Origin: an uncultured Chloroflexia bacterium
GTDB lineage: Bacteria > Chloroflexota > Chloroflexia > Thermomicrobiales > UBA6265
Length of the DNA stretch: 64,000 bases
Direction of reading: 5' to 3'
Assembly (NCBI GenBank): GCA_963724295.1
Contig: CAVRUC010000007.1
Span: 576,001 to 640,000, forward strand
Shown: positions 19,897-29,707 of the stretch, piece by piece
Position numbering within the stretch: the stretch's first letter is position 1
Layout of the letters: each line of letters begins with the position of its first letter
Notes under the pieces: model-generated
Databases searched by the model: none
The model's input: the letters and a program-made list of their open reading frames with translations, nothing else
What the model was told of the DNA's origin: nothing
Made by a program: the position numbers and the translations under genes

Positions 19897-20066
19897 GACG
19901 CCGCTAGCAGCGGCGTCGACTCCAAGACCGTTGAGGGTAAAGGAGGTGATGCCCATGAGTAGTCACGGTACCAGGGGCATCACGGTGGAGGCCGATCGCC
20001 GCTAGGGCACGGCTGCCGTGATGCCACGGAACGAGGGTCGGACAATCGTCCGACCCTCGTTTTTTT
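19897..20066 (+). ncRNA. Candidate small RNA or dual-function RNA containing a 16-aa ORF (19955-20005)
   Basis: Own promoter, 5' hairpin, AAGGAGGTGA SD, alternative helices, intrinsic terminator. Confidence 0.55.
20030..20066 (+). terminator. Intrinsic terminator
   Basis: AACGAGGGTCGGAC-AATC-GTCCGACCCTCGTT followed by a T-tract. Confidence 0.85.
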
Positions 20067-20118
20067 GTCCGTTGTCCGTCTTTCGGAACCGGCCACAGGA
20101 CCCGTGGCCCGATTGGGA

Positions 20119-20766
20119 CTACTCGTCCGCCTCGGCGGTCGCGGCTTCCTCGCCGGCGGACTCGTCTGGCGCCGCCGCAACCTCCGCGGCCTCTTCGGCA
20201 GCCTCTTCCGGCTCCTGGTAGACCGCCTCGATCTGGACGATCGTCTCGTCTTCGGCCGTGACCGCGGTCACGCCGTCGGGAAGATTGAGGTCTCCCACCC
20301 GGATAGAGTCGCCGGGGTGCACGAGCCCCGAGACGTCAATGTCGATCTGGTGCGGAATGCTCGCCGGCAACGCCTCCACCTCGACCTCGGTACGGATCTC
20401 GGCAAGCATGCCGTCGATCGTATTGCTTGGATTGTGGAAGGCGATCGGCACGATCGCGCGGACCGGCATCAGCAAGTTCGGCGCGAAGAAGTCGACATGA
20501 ATCGGCTCGCGGCGCACCGGATCCTGCTGCACCTCGCGGATGAACACCGACTGGTCGCCATCCTCCCAGCGGAGCACGAAGAGCGTCGAATGCCCGTTGG
20601 TCTGATAGAACTTGAGAAACTCCCGGCGATCGACGCTCACCGGGACCGTGCCCGTGACGACCGGGCCGTAGACGATGCCGGGCACCAGTCCCTGGCGACG
20701 GAGCTGTTTGACCTTTTTTCCTACGACCGTGCGACGCTGGGCCGCAAATTCCTGACCTGCCATCAC
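20119..20766 (-). CDS. rplY: 50S ribosomal protein L25/Ctc
   Basis: GKKVKQLRRQGLVPGIVYG, VQQDPV...IHVDF, acidic tail. Confidence 0.95.
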   Translation of the reverse strand: MMAGQEFAAQRRTVVGKKVKQLRRQGLVPGIVYGPVVTGTVPVSVDRREFLKFYQTNGHSTLFVLRWEDGDQSVFIREVQQDPVRREPIHVDFFAPNLLMPVRAIVPIAFHNPSNTIDGMLAEIRTEVEVEALPASIPHQIDIDVSGLVHPGDSIRVGDLNLPDGVTAVTAEDETIVQIEAVYQEPEEAAEEAAEVAAAPDESAGEEAATAEADE

Positions 20767-21073
20767 CCATACCTGCTCGTGAATCCGATCACCGCTGAGC
20801 CCATTGGGTCACGGAACAAAAAAACCCGGCAAGGTCGAGCTCGACCCAGCCTGGGAGAACGACCTCGCATCCTACCACAGAAATGAATTGCCGATGCGCA
20901 CTGTCGTCTTCAATTCGACGCGAAAATCTTTGCTTGACGCTCGGCATTACGAGCCGTACCATCAGCCGAATCTCCGGGCGGCTGCGTTGCCGAGGGCGTC
21001 TGATCCCACGTCGCCCGATCCCGATGACTGCCGCGGGTTCAGGGCGCGCCAGGGCTGACAAGGAGGTCGCCGG

Positions 21074-22018
21074 TTGGGACGCTACCTCATACGCCGGGCG
21101 ATCATCTCGATCTTCACGCTTATCGCCATCAGCATCGTCGTCTACACGATCCTGGCGCTGGCGCCGGGTGATCCCCTGTCCGGGTTTGCCAACAACCCGA
21201 ATGTCCCGCCCGAATTGCGAGAGCGAATCCGCAAGACCATGGGTTTGGACGACCCGATCCACGTCCAATACCTGAGATGGGCCTCCGCTTACATCCACGG
21301 AGATTGGCTGCAGTCATATTCCGCGAAGATCCCCGTGCGTGACTACGTCTTGTCCCGCTTGCCGACCACCCTGATGATCTCTGGTTCGGCACTCTTGATC
21401 AGCATTCTCGTCGCCGTGCCCATCGGCGTGCTCTCGGCGCTCAAGCAGTACTCGATGTTCGATCAGGTCGCGACGACATTTGCCTTTCTCGGGTTCAGCA
21501 TTCCGACGTTCTTTTCCGGCATCCTCATGATCCTCGTCTTCAGCGTCTATTTAGGCTGGCTACCGTTTGTCTATGACAGCCAGGTGACGGGGTTCCTGCC
21601 AAACGTCAAGCAGTCAATCATGCCGATCATGGTGTTGGGTCTGGCCGGCGCGGCCCAGCTCATGCGGTTCGTGCGCGCCTCGATGCTGGAGACGATCAGT
21701 CAGGACTACGTCCGCACCGCCCGCGCCAAAGGACTGCGAGAACAGTCAGTGGTGATCCTTCATGCCATGCGCAACGCGCTGATCCCAGTGATAACAGTGC
21801 TGGCGCTGCAGGTGCCTGAGATCTTTGGCGGCGCCATCATCACCGAGCAGATCTTTCGTATCCCCGGAATCGGCCGCGCCTTGATCGACGGGATCTACAG
21901 CAAGGATGTTCCCGTCGTCATGGCGATCACCTTCGGCATCGCGGTCCTCGTCGTACTCTTTAACGTTATTGCCGACATCCTCTATGCCGTGCTCGATCCG
22001 CGCATCCGATATACGTAG
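21074..22018 (+). CDS. Peptide ABC transporter permease (OppB/DppB)
   Basis: LAPGDP, GLDDP, QDYVRTARAKGL, HAMRNAL, LDPRIRY; TTG start after AAGGAGG. Confidence 0.92.
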   Translation: MGRYLIRRAIISIFTLIAISIVVYTILALAPGDPLSGFANNPNVPPELRERIRKTMGLDDPIHVQYLRWASAYIHGDWLQSYSAKIPVRDYVLSRLPTTLMISGSALLISILVAVPIGVLSALKQYSMFDQVATTFAFLGFSIPTFFSGILMILVFSVYLGWLPFVYDSQVTGFLPNVKQSIMPIMVLGLAGAAQLMRFVRASMLETISQDYVRTARAKGLREQSVVILHAMRNALIPVITVLALQVPEIFGGAIITEQIFRIPGIGRALIDGIYSKDVPVVMAITFGIAVLVVLFNVIADILYAVLDPRIRYT

Positions 22019-22152
22019 CCATCGATCGCCGGGGCATTCGCCATGAGCCTGACTGGACGCCACCCACGCCGATATCGCGGTCGTCAGCCGGGGCTTGATC
22101 GCACGGGCGCGGCTGTCCGGCCGCGGGTCTGGTTCATCCTAGGGGGCCGGCT

Positions 22153-23184
22153 ATGACGCAGGGGATCGACATCAACCTCGAGCGCGCGCCCGGCGCAGTC
22201 GGTCCCGCAGTGAGCGCGAGCCAACCTGGGCATGCGACCGTTGTCGACTATCCGCTGCCCTCGCTGCCCGTCGGGACCCTCCAGATCAAGAAGCATCGGT
22301 CTCTATGGGGCGATGCCTGGCGTCAATTCCGCAAGCATAAGCTCGCCATGGCCGGTCTGTTCGTCTTCATTTTTATGCTGATCGCGACGTTTCTGGGCTC
22401 AGCAGTCTACCCGCAGGAGATTGACGAGATCGATTTCTCGGTCAGCGGCAGCGGCCTGTCCTGGGAACATCCTTTCGGCACCGACTCGCTGGGGCGTGAC
22501 CTGCTGGCCAGGATACTGTGGGGTGGCCGCATCTCGCTGGCAGTCGGCATTATCGCTGCGTTGGTCGCCATCCTCCTGGGAACCGCGATCGGCGCCATCT
22601 CCGGTTTCTTTGGCGGCATCAGCGACACCCTGCTGATGCGCCTCACGGATCTCTTTATCTCCCTGCCGCAGGTTCCACTCCTGCTGGTGATCAGCTTCCT
22701 GTACAAGCAGGCTTTCTACGATTTTTTCCAGGACCGCACCGGCAGCGGTGTTACCGGCATCTTTATCCTGATCGTCATGGTCATCGGTTTGCTCAATTGG
22801 ATGCCGACCTCCCGCCTCGTCCGAGCGAGCTTTCTCTCGACTAAGCAGAAGGAGTTCGTCGAAGCCGCCGAGGCCATGGGCTCCTCCCGAGCCTCGCAGA
22901 TGTTCCGGCATATCCTCCCCAACGTCATGAGCCCGATCATTGTCGCCGCCACCCTCGGGGTCGGCGCCGCGATCATCACCGAATCCGCTCTCTCCTTTCT
23001 CGGTCTTGGCTTCCCGTCCGACATCCCCACCTGGGGGAGCATGCTCTATGAGGCCAAAGATCGGTTCGAGATCGCTCCCCACGAAGCGATCTTCCCCGGC
23101 ACGATGATCTTTCTCACCGTGCTATCGATCAATTACATCGGGGATGGCCTGCGCGACGCGCTCGACCCCCGCAAGACGCATTGA
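22153..23184 (+). CDS. Peptide ABC transporter permease (OppC/DppC)
   Basis: HPFGTDSLGRD, GGRISL, EFVEAA, HILPN, ESALSFLGLG, GDGLRDALDP. Confidence 0.93.
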   Translation: MTQGIDINLERAPGAVGPAVSASQPGHATVVDYPLPSLPVGTLQIKKHRSLWGDAWRQFRKHKLAMAGLFVFIFMLIATFLGSAVYPQEIDEIDFSVSGSGLSWEHPFGTDSLGRDLLARILWGGRISLAVGIIAALVAILLGTAIGAISGFFGGISDTLLMRLTDLFISLPQVPLLLVISFLYKQAFYDFFQDRTGSGVTGIFILIVMVIGLLNWMPTSRLVRASFLSTKQKEFVEAAEAMGSSRASQMFRHILPNVMSPIIVAATLGVGAAIITESALSFLGLGFPSDIPTWGSMLYEAKDRFEIAPHEAIFPGTMIFLTVLSINYIGDGLRDALDPRKTH

Positions 23185-23519
23185 GTGACCCAGGGATGCC
23201 CGATCAGCCGCAGCTTTCGCTGAGCACCATCGCTGATGAACGTACCGTGTTCAGCTGGAAGGATTTCAGCCGGTTCGTACAGGTCGCTCCCGTGGAGCGA
23301 GGCTGGCTCGTGCTCTGGGGCCGCTTTCGCGACCAGGGCCGAACGAGAGACCTGGCAGGGCAGCGAACTTACCTCGATCTCTCCGGTGTGCGGCGCCGTG
23401 TTGCGGATTCGGTGTTCGAGCTGACCAGAAGCCCGGACCTCGTGGCCGAGGCGATGATCCGCTTCGATCGCACTCCGTTTCCCGTCCATCTGCCGACTCC
23501 ACTCCCCGAACCCCTGTAG
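23181..23519 (+). CDS. Hypothetical protein
   Basis: Overlaps the oppC stop; protein-like sequence. Confidence 0.6.
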   Translation: MSDPGMPDQPQLSLSTIADERTVFSWKDFSRFVQVAPVERGWLVLWGRFRDQGRTRDLAGQRTYLDLSGVRRRVADSVFELTRSPDLVAEAMIRFDRTPFPVHLPTPLPEPL

Positions 23520-23642
23520 ACCGCTCGCTCGACACCGCGTTGGCCGGCGGCATTCGCCTGATCGACAATGCCACGAGTGAGCCAGCGGGATGTGGCACGA
23601 ACCATTCGGGCAGTCGTTGAAACCGGTGACGGAGACGCGGTC

Positions 23643-24353
23643 ATGCCGTTGAAGATCGACGTGGCCGTCGTCAAGACGAACAAGTACGCGTCGCGGGAGA
23701 GCGGTGACACGGTCGAGATCGTCGAGCGGCCCGGCGGGGGGATCTCGGTCATCATGGCCGACGGGCAAGGATCCGGACGCGCGGCGAAAACGCTGAGCCT
23801 GCTGGTGACCGCCAAAGTTTCCGCGCTGCTCAAGGAGGGCGTGCGCGACGGCGCCTCGGCGCGCGCGGCCAATGATTTTCTGTTCGCCATGCGCAACGGT
23901 CAGGTGTCGGCGACGCTCGACATCCTTTCCGTCGATCTGAACACGGGGACGGTCGTCATCACCCGCAACGGCGATACCGCCTGCTACGCGCGGACGGCCG
24001 ATGGCTCCGAGGTGAGCGCCGGTGCGGAGCGGCCGCTCGGCCTCTATCCGCGCACACGTCCCTGGTCGGCCGAGATTCCAATCGGCTCGGGTGTGCGCGT
24101 TATCCTGGCCAGCGACGGCGTCGCGAACTCGGGCCGGCGCTCCGGTCTGTCGCCTCTCGATCTGAGATCGATCGCGGAAAGCGCTGGTGCGGAGGCATCT
24201 GCCGCGGGTATCGCGGACCTGGTGCTCGGCGAGGCCATTGCCCGCGATGGGCTCAAACCCGGGGATGACATGAGCGTTGTGGCGCTGACACTGCCCAACC
24301 ACGATCAGACGACGCTGGTGCGCCGCATGGGCGTCGAGGTGCCGCTGCCGTGA
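23643..24353 (+). CDS. PP2C/SpoIIE-family Ser/Thr phosphatase
   Basis: ESGD, MADGQGSG, ATL, ILASDG, DDMSV motifs. Confidence 0.85.
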   Translation: MPLKIDVAVVKTNKYASRESGDTVEIVERPGGGISVIMADGQGSGRAAKTLSLLVTAKVSALLKEGVRDGASARAANDFLFAMRNGQVSATLDILSVDLNTGTVVITRNGDTACYARTADGSEVSAGAERPLGLYPRTRPWSAEIPIGSGVRVILASDGVANSGRRSGLSPLDLRSIAESAGAEASAAGIADLVLGEAIARDGLKPGDDMSVVALTLPNHDQTTLVRRMGVEVPLP

Positions 24354-24402
24354 ACTCTCCCGTCGCATGCACGTCAACGCCTTCATCTGTGGGATTTCCG
24401 TG

Positions 24403-24798
24403 ATGGCTGAAGGAGACCTTCTTCGCGATATCCCGTCCGCCTCGCCGGAATCGAGGAAGATCGTGGTGGTGGGTCCCTGTGCCGCGGGGAAGTCCACGCT
24501 CGTCAGCGCATTGCGAGCCCTTGGCTACGACGCCCATGTCTCAGGTCAGGAGCACAGCGAGATCGCGACGCTCTGGCAGCACTCACAACCAGACGTGTTG
24601 ATTGCGCTCGAAGCCGATATTACGGCGGTCCGCGACCGCCGCGGCGACTCCTGGCCGGAGTGGCTTCATGACCTGCAAGTTCGGCGCCTGGCCGCCGCGT
24701 CGCGGGCTGCCGACCTCGCCATCGACACCACCTTGCTGAGCACCCAGGCTGTGGTCGCCCGCGCCATCGCCTACCTGGAACGGCTGGACGAGAAGTGA
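24403..24798 (+). CDS. Small P-loop protein (nucleotide kinase-like fold)
   Basis: Walker A VVGPCAAGKST; AADLAIDT C-terminal motif. Confidence 0.7.
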   Translation: MAEGDLLRDIPSASPESRKIVVVGPCAAGKSTLVSALRALGYDAHVSGQEHSEIATLWQHSQPDVLIALEADITAVRDRRGDSWPEWLHDLQVRRLAAASRAADLAIDTTLLSTQAVVARAIAYLERLDEK

Positions 24799-24844
24799 CC
24801 GGCGTGTTTGTCCCTACCGCGGCGCGGGCACTATCATCGCTCGC

Positions 24845-26521
24845 ATGAGCAGCAGACCCGCGCAGATCCCGCGTTCGTTCCGCATGATCCTTCCCCTGGT
24901 CGCGATCGCCGTTCTTGGCTGGCTCTCGCCGCTGTCCACGACCGCCACGGCGACACCAGTGGCGGGCGACGTGGTCGTCATCGAAGCCACGAATCGCGCC
25001 CGGGAATCGAACCCCACCGGCCGGCAGGAGCTACGGCTCGCCGGCACGACGCTCGATCCAGCGCCGCTCGATCCCGCGGTAGCGAGGGACGTGAACTCGG
25101 CGTTCATGACCCGCCAGGTGTTCCGGGGTCTGACCCGGTTCGACGAGAACCTCGAGCCCGTACCGGAGCTCGCGCAACGGATCGAGATCAGCGCCGATGG
25201 GTTGACTTATCGCATTCAGCTCCGGGACGACGCCCGGTTCGCCGACGGCTCGCAGATCACCGCGGAAGACGTCCAGTTCTCGTTGACACGTGCCCTCAGC
25301 CCGCAGACGGCGGCCGACGCGGGCGCCGCGCTGGCCGGTCCCTCGTACCTTGGCGATATCGTCGGCGCGGACGAGGTCATTCGGGGTGAAGCGAGCGAGC
25401 TGATCGGACTCCGGGTGATCGACGATCGCACGGTGGAGATCGAGCTCGAGGCGCCTCGTGCCACGTTCCTTATGAAGCTCGCCTCGGCGCCAGCCGCGAT
25501 CGTCGATCCCGACGACGTCGCGCGTGGTGGCGAGTGGTGGCGAGACCCAAACGCTTCCGGGCCCTATGTGGTCGACGTCTGGGAGCCTGAAGACGAGCTT
25601 CAGCTCGCGGCCAACGAGGAGTACGTAGGGGGCGTGCCGGACCTGAAGCGGGTCACCTTCCGCCTGGGGCCGAACGCGGCCAACCCCTTCAACCTCTACC
25701 AGGCCGATGAGATCGACGTCGCCGGCGTGCCGGTTCAAGCAATCGACCGTGTCTCGGACGAAGAGAGCCCCCTGCTGCCGGAGCTCGACGTATCACCAGT
25801 CCTCTCCACGACCTACATCGCGTTCCGTACCGACGTGGCCCCCATGGACGACCCGGAAATACGACGGGCCGTGCAGCTGGCGTTTCCTCGCTGGAAGATC
25901 GCCGAGATCTCCCTCGGTGACCGCCAGGAGACGGCGAACGGGCTCATCCCACCCGGCACCCTGGGTCGCGACTGGCCACAGGCGGCGCCAGCACAGAACC
26001 TCGACGCGGCGCGAGCGGCGATTGCCAGCTCCTCGTACGGCAGCGCCGAGAAGGTGCCGCCGATCATGATCTACGGCGCCAGTCCGTTTGGCTCCGAGGC
26101 CCTGCGGGATGTCTTGCAGCGAGAGCTCGGACTGACCGTCGAGGTACTCCAGGTCCACTGGCCGCAGTTCAACCAGGGGCTATCCAGGAAAACGTTCCCA
26201 GCCTATGAGTTGACGTGGGTCGCCGACTTTCCCGACCCAGAGACTTTTCTCTGGAACCTGTTCGCCTCTAGCTCGCCGGACAACTACTCGGAGTACTCCA
26301 ATCCGGCCTACGACGCCCTGCTCGACCAGGCGGCGGCGACGCTCGACGTCGATGAGCGCGCTGCTTTCTACGCCGAAGCGGAAGCTGAGCTCCTCGGCGA
26401 TAACGCGGTGCTGCCCCTCTATCACGACGTGCGCTACACCCTCATGAAGCCATGGGTGAAGGGACTCGACATTACGCCGCTTGGCATGCTCTATCTCGAA
26501 AACGCGTGGATGGAGCGGTAG
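24845..26521 (+). CDS. Peptide ABC transporter substrate-binding protein (OppA family)
   Basis: LDPA, VPELA, DGLTY..LR.DARFADG..ITAEDV, WVADFPDP. Confidence 0.9.
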   Translation: MSSRPAQIPRSFRMILPLVAIAVLGWLSPLSTTATATPVAGDVVVIEATNRARESNPTGRQELRLAGTTLDPAPLDPAVARDVNSAFMTRQVFRGLTRFDENLEPVPELAQRIEISADGLTYRIQLRDDARFADGSQITAEDVQFSLTRALSPQTAADAGAALAGPSYLGDIVGADEVIRGEASELIGLRVIDDRTVEIELEAPRATFLMKLASAPAAIVDPDDVARGGEWWRDPNASGPYVVDVWEPEDELQLAANEEYVGGVPDLKRVTFRLGPNAANPFNLYQADEIDVAGVPVQAIDRVSDEESPLLPELDVSPVLSTTYIAFRTDVAPMDDPEIRRAVQLAFPRWKIAEISLGDRQETANGLIPPGTLGRDWPQAAPAQNLDAARAAIASSSYGSAEKVPPIMIYGASPFGSEALRDVLQRELGLTVEVLQVHWPQFNQGLSRKTFPAYELTWVADFPDPETFLWNLFASSSPDNYSEYSNPAYDALLDQAAATLDVDERAAFYAEAEAELLGDNAVLPLYHDVRYTLMKPWVKGLDITPLGMLYLENAWMER

Positions 26522-27415
26522 ATGGCCGGGGTGCTGGCGCCGTCACGTGGCTCGAGGATCACCGCACCGCTGGTGCGTCCGCTCAAGTGCGAAGACATCC
26601 CCGCCTTGCGTCTGCCGGGGAGGCGGGGCGCCGAGTCGGTACGTCAGCTGCTCGCCGTCCATCCGGGGAGATCGGTCTGGGTACCCTCGACCCTCGAATA
26701 TGCCCTAATCGGCCCGTGGCGCAACCGGCCAGAGATCGCCAGCATCGAGGACCTTGTCGCCGTCCGCCACATGGAGGAACTGCTGCGCGCCGCTGTCGAC
26801 CGCTGTGCCGAGCACGGCGACGACCTGATGTTGACGGTCGAGCTCGACGCACGACGCTCCCCCACCCGGTATGAGCGCGCCGGGCTGGAGATGCTGGAAG
26901 AGGTCATCACCTACGAGATGGGAGTCGCGCGCGAGCGATGGTCGAGTAGTGACCGCATTCGCCTGGTCCGCGTCAACGCGAGCGATGAGGCAGCGATCGA
27001 GCGGGTCACGGAGATGGACCAGGCGTCGTTCCCCTGGTTGTGGCGCAATAACCGGACTGAGTTCGACGTCTATCTGCATACGCCCGGTGTTGAAGTCTGG
27101 TTCGTCGAGGCAGACGGCGAGCCGGTGGCCTATTTCGGCGTGACGCTGTTCCCCGATTGGGGGCACCTCGACCGGGTGGCGGTCGTCCCGGAGCATCAGG
27201 GCCGGGGCTTCGGACTGGAGACCCTGGGTCTGGCCGTCGAGACCATGAGAAAGCGGGGGGCGCGGCGCGTCGGATTGAGCACGCAACGCACGAATCTGCG
27301 ATCGCAGCGGCTTTACGACCGCTTCGGCTTTCGGCGAACCCCCGACCATGACTATCGACTCTTCGGCGCCTGGTGCCGACCGGAACGCCGCGCGAGCCTG
27401 CTCGGCGCGGGCTAG
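26522..27415 (+). CDS. GNAT family N-acetyltransferase (two-domain)
   Basis: VAVVPEHQGRGFG, N.RSQRLYDRFGF. Confidence 0.85.
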   Translation: MAGVLAPSRGSRITAPLVRPLKCEDIPALRLPGRRGAESVRQLLAVHPGRSVWVPSTLEYALIGPWRNRPEIASIEDLVAVRHMEELLRAAVDRCAEHGDDLMLTVELDARRSPTRYERAGLEMLEEVITYEMGVARERWSSSDRIRLVRVNASDEAAIERVTEMDQASFPWLWRNNRTEFDVYLHTPGVEVWFVEADGEPVAYFGVTLFPDWGHLDRVAVVPEHQGRGFGLETLGLAVETMRKRGARRVGLSTQRTNLRSQRLYDRFGFRRTPDHDYRLFGAWCRPERRASLLGAG

Positions 27416-27466
27416 GAGCCATGCGGTCGACACCGGCCGCGCGGATGAAGGGGAAGCCCCGCACGC

Positions 27467-28531
27467 ATGGGCAGCAGTTTTGGCAAGATCTTTCGGCTGA
27501 CCACCTGGGGTGAGTCGCACGGACCGGCCCTCGGCGTGGTCGTCGAGGGGACGCCGGCTGGTATCCCGTTGACAGAAGCAGATATCCAGTTGCAGCTCGA
27601 TCGGCGGCGCGTCGGGCAAAGCAAGGTCACGTCCCCACGAGGCGAGAAGGACCGCGCCGAAATCCTTTCCGGGGTCTTCGAAGAGCGCACCACGGGCGCG
27701 CCAATCTCGATGATTACCTACAATCGGGACGTCGATTCGTCTAAATACGAAAACCTGCGCGACGTCTTCCGCCCGGGCCACGCCGACTACACCTACTGGG
27801 CCAAGTACGGGCACCGCGATCATCGCGGCGGTGGCCGCTCCTCCGCGCGGGAGACCTGGGGGCGGGTCGCCGCCGGCGCCATTGCCCGCAAGATCCTGGC
27901 CACCGTCGGAATCGAGATCTACGGCTTCACCAGGGAGATCGGCGGTATCGAGATGCAGACGCTCGACCGCGACGAGATCGAACGGAATCTCGTCCGCTGC
28001 CCCGATCCGATTGCCGCCGAGGCCATGACCGAGGCCATCCTGGCCGTCAAAGAGAGCCACGACAGTCTGGGCGGTGTCGTCGAGGTGCGGGCGTTGAACG
28101 TCCCGCCGGGTCTGGGCGAACCAACCTTCGACCGGCTCGACGCGCTGATCGCGCAGGCGATGCTCTCGATCCCGGCCACGAAGGGGGTCGAGATCGGCGA
28201 CGGATTTGCGGCGGCCCGGTCTCGCGGATCGGAGAACAACGATTGGTTCTATGCCGAGAACGGCCGGGTGCGTACGCGAAGCAACCGAGCCGGCGGCACC
28301 CTCGGTGGCATCTCGTCCGGCGAGGAGATCGTCGTCCGGGTGGCGATCAAGCCGACCTCCTCGGTGGCGCGCGAGCAGGAAACGATCGATATCAGCATGG
28401 AACCGCGGACGATCCTGGTCGAGGGTCGCCACGATCCCTCGGTCGTTCCTCGCGCCGTCCCGGTGGCCGAGGCGATGCTGGCCATCGTCCTGGCGGACCT
28501 GTTGCTGCTGAACCGCGCGGCGCGCATCTAG
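27467..28531 (+). CDS. aroC: Chorismate synthase
   Basis: [34 protein letters not shown]. Confidence 0.97.
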   Translation: MGSSFGKIFRLTTWGESHGPALGVVVEGTPAGIPLTEADIQLQLDRRRVGQSKVTSPRGEKDRAEILSGVFEERTTGAPISMITYNRDVDSSKYENLRDVFRPGHADYTYWAKYGHRDHRGGGRSSARETWGRVAAGAIARKILATVGIEIYGFTREIGGIEMQTLDRDEIERNLVRCPDPIAAEAMTEAILAVKESHDSLGGVVEVRALNVPPGLGEPTFDRLDALIAQAMLSIPATKGVEIGDGFAAARSRGSENNDWFYAENGRVRTRSNRAGGTLGGISSGEEIVVRVAIKPTSSVAREQETIDISMEPRTILVEGRHDPSVVPRAVPVAEAMLAIVLADLLLLNRAARI

Positions 28532-28539
28532 CGCCGCCG

Positions 28540-28794
28540 AGGTCGGAGGTCGGGAGTCGGAAGTCGGAGGATCGTTGCCGGCGGCTCTCGGCCGTTTGGG
28601 TCGTGGGTCATGGGAACTGGCCGAACTTCCCGAACTTCCCGAACTTCCCGAACTTTTCGGGGACAGGTACGGCGGGAAGTTCGCCAGTGCCGCGGCTGGA
28701 CGACGCGCCGGCTGGCCGCCTTCACGGACTTCGGGCGATGCCTACGTCGCCCCTACGGACGTACTGACTTCCGGCTCCAGACTTCCGACCTCCG
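28540..28794. repeat. Composite intergenic repeat: inverted heptamer arrays at both ends, CCGAACTTC x4, and a GTAG-type REP
   Basis: RRGTCGG x4 at 28540-28567 and its inverse at 28764-28791; 9-mer at 28621-28656; GTAGGGGCGACGTAGGCATCGCCC on the minus strand at 28733-28756. Confidence 0.75.
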
Positions 28795-29604
28795 TCAGCT
28801 AGGCGTGACCTCGGCGGTAAGGATCAGGCGCTCGCTGCCGTCGTCATACGGTTCGAGGTCGTAGGATCCGTAGACCTTCCATTCCACGAACCCGGTCAGC
28901 TCGAGCAATAACGCCAGCTCCGACGCTACGAGGTAGCGCATCGGGAAACCACTGCGTACGCGCCGGATGTGACCGGCGGGGTCTACCAGGTCGTACCAGA
29001 GCTCGGTGACGATCGTCTGCTCCGCCGCATCGTGAGTCCGCACCGAGAAACGATCGACCATGGTCCCGTCGGACTTCCGCCAGGTCCCCTCGTGTCGGAC
29101 GCGGCCGTCGAACGTTGTCAGCAGTTCGGGGGTCGGATTGAGGAGATCGACGACGAGCATGCCTCGGGGGTCGAGCGCTCGCCGCGCGGAGGCCAGCGCC
29201 GCGCGCTGCTCGGTCATGTGCGACAGGTGCATCAGCCCGTTCAGGGAGAAGATCACCAACCCGAACGGTCCGCCCGGCGCGCGCTCGGCCTCGGTCATGG
29301 TGCCCTCGACGAGTGTCACGCGCCGCGAGTCGGTGCTGGACTGCGCTTGCACGTGCAGCAGCGAGCGCGCCCGGTCCAGCATCGGTCTGGAGCGATCGAC
29401 CCCGGTGATTCGATTGCCGGCGGCTGCCAAGGGTCCAAGCACCCGCCCCGTACCGCACCCCAGCTCCAGGATGGGATCGCCGACGACCTCGGCCAGCCGG
29501 AGGTAGAGATCGACATCGTCGCTGAACCCGGCGTGTTCGAGATCGTACAGCTCCGGAAGCTCCGCGTACGGGTCATCCAGATCGGGTCCTGACCGCTGGT
29601 TCAT
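28795..29604 (-). CDS. Class I SAM-dependent methyltransferase
   Basis: ILELGCGTGR, GVDRSRPML. Confidence 0.88.
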   Translation of the reverse strand: MNQRSGPDLDDPYAELPELYDLEHAGFSDDVDLYLRLAEVVGDPILELGCGTGRVLGPLAAAGNRITGVDRSRPMLDRARSLLHVQAQSSTDSRRVTLVEGTMTEAERAPGGPFGLVIFSLNGLMHLSHMTEQRAALASARRALDPRGMLVVDLLNPTPELLTTFDGRVRHEGTWRKSDGTMVDRFSVRTHDAAEQTIVTELWYDLVDPAGHIRRVRSGFPMRYLVASELALLLELTGFVEWKVYGSYDLEPYDDGSERLILTAEVTPS

Positions 29605-29672
29605 CGTGCCTCCCCGGCGGAAAATTCCCGCACGCTGGCGACGGCTTACCGACAATGGCGTCCCGCGCCCGT

Positions 29673-29701
29673 TTGACGCTCTCCCGGACGCTTCCTATAG
29701 T
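29673..29701 (+). promoter_or_regulatory. Sigma70 promoter of smpB (leaderless arrangement)
   Basis: TTGACG-17 bp-TATAGT, 6 nt before ATG 29708. Confidence 0.7.
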
Positions 29702-29707
29702 GCGCGA

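Noticed and set aside
22043..22156. Possible 37-codon ORF between oppB and oppC ending in an ATGA overlap
   Set aside because: No SD, Arg-rich low-information sequence, no support for coding
23181..23519. WGR domain suggested by 'LVLWGR'
   Set aside because: A single short motif without the rest of the WGR pattern
26705..28432. Long antisense ORFs (575 aa here; also 49527..51269, 23133..24497, 46635..47933)
   Set aside because: Shadows of well-supported genes on the opposite strand, expected in high-GC DNA; no recognisable motifs
28621..28656. CCGAACTTC x4 as a CRISPR array
   Set aside because: 9-bp tandem units with no spacers, and no cas genes in the window
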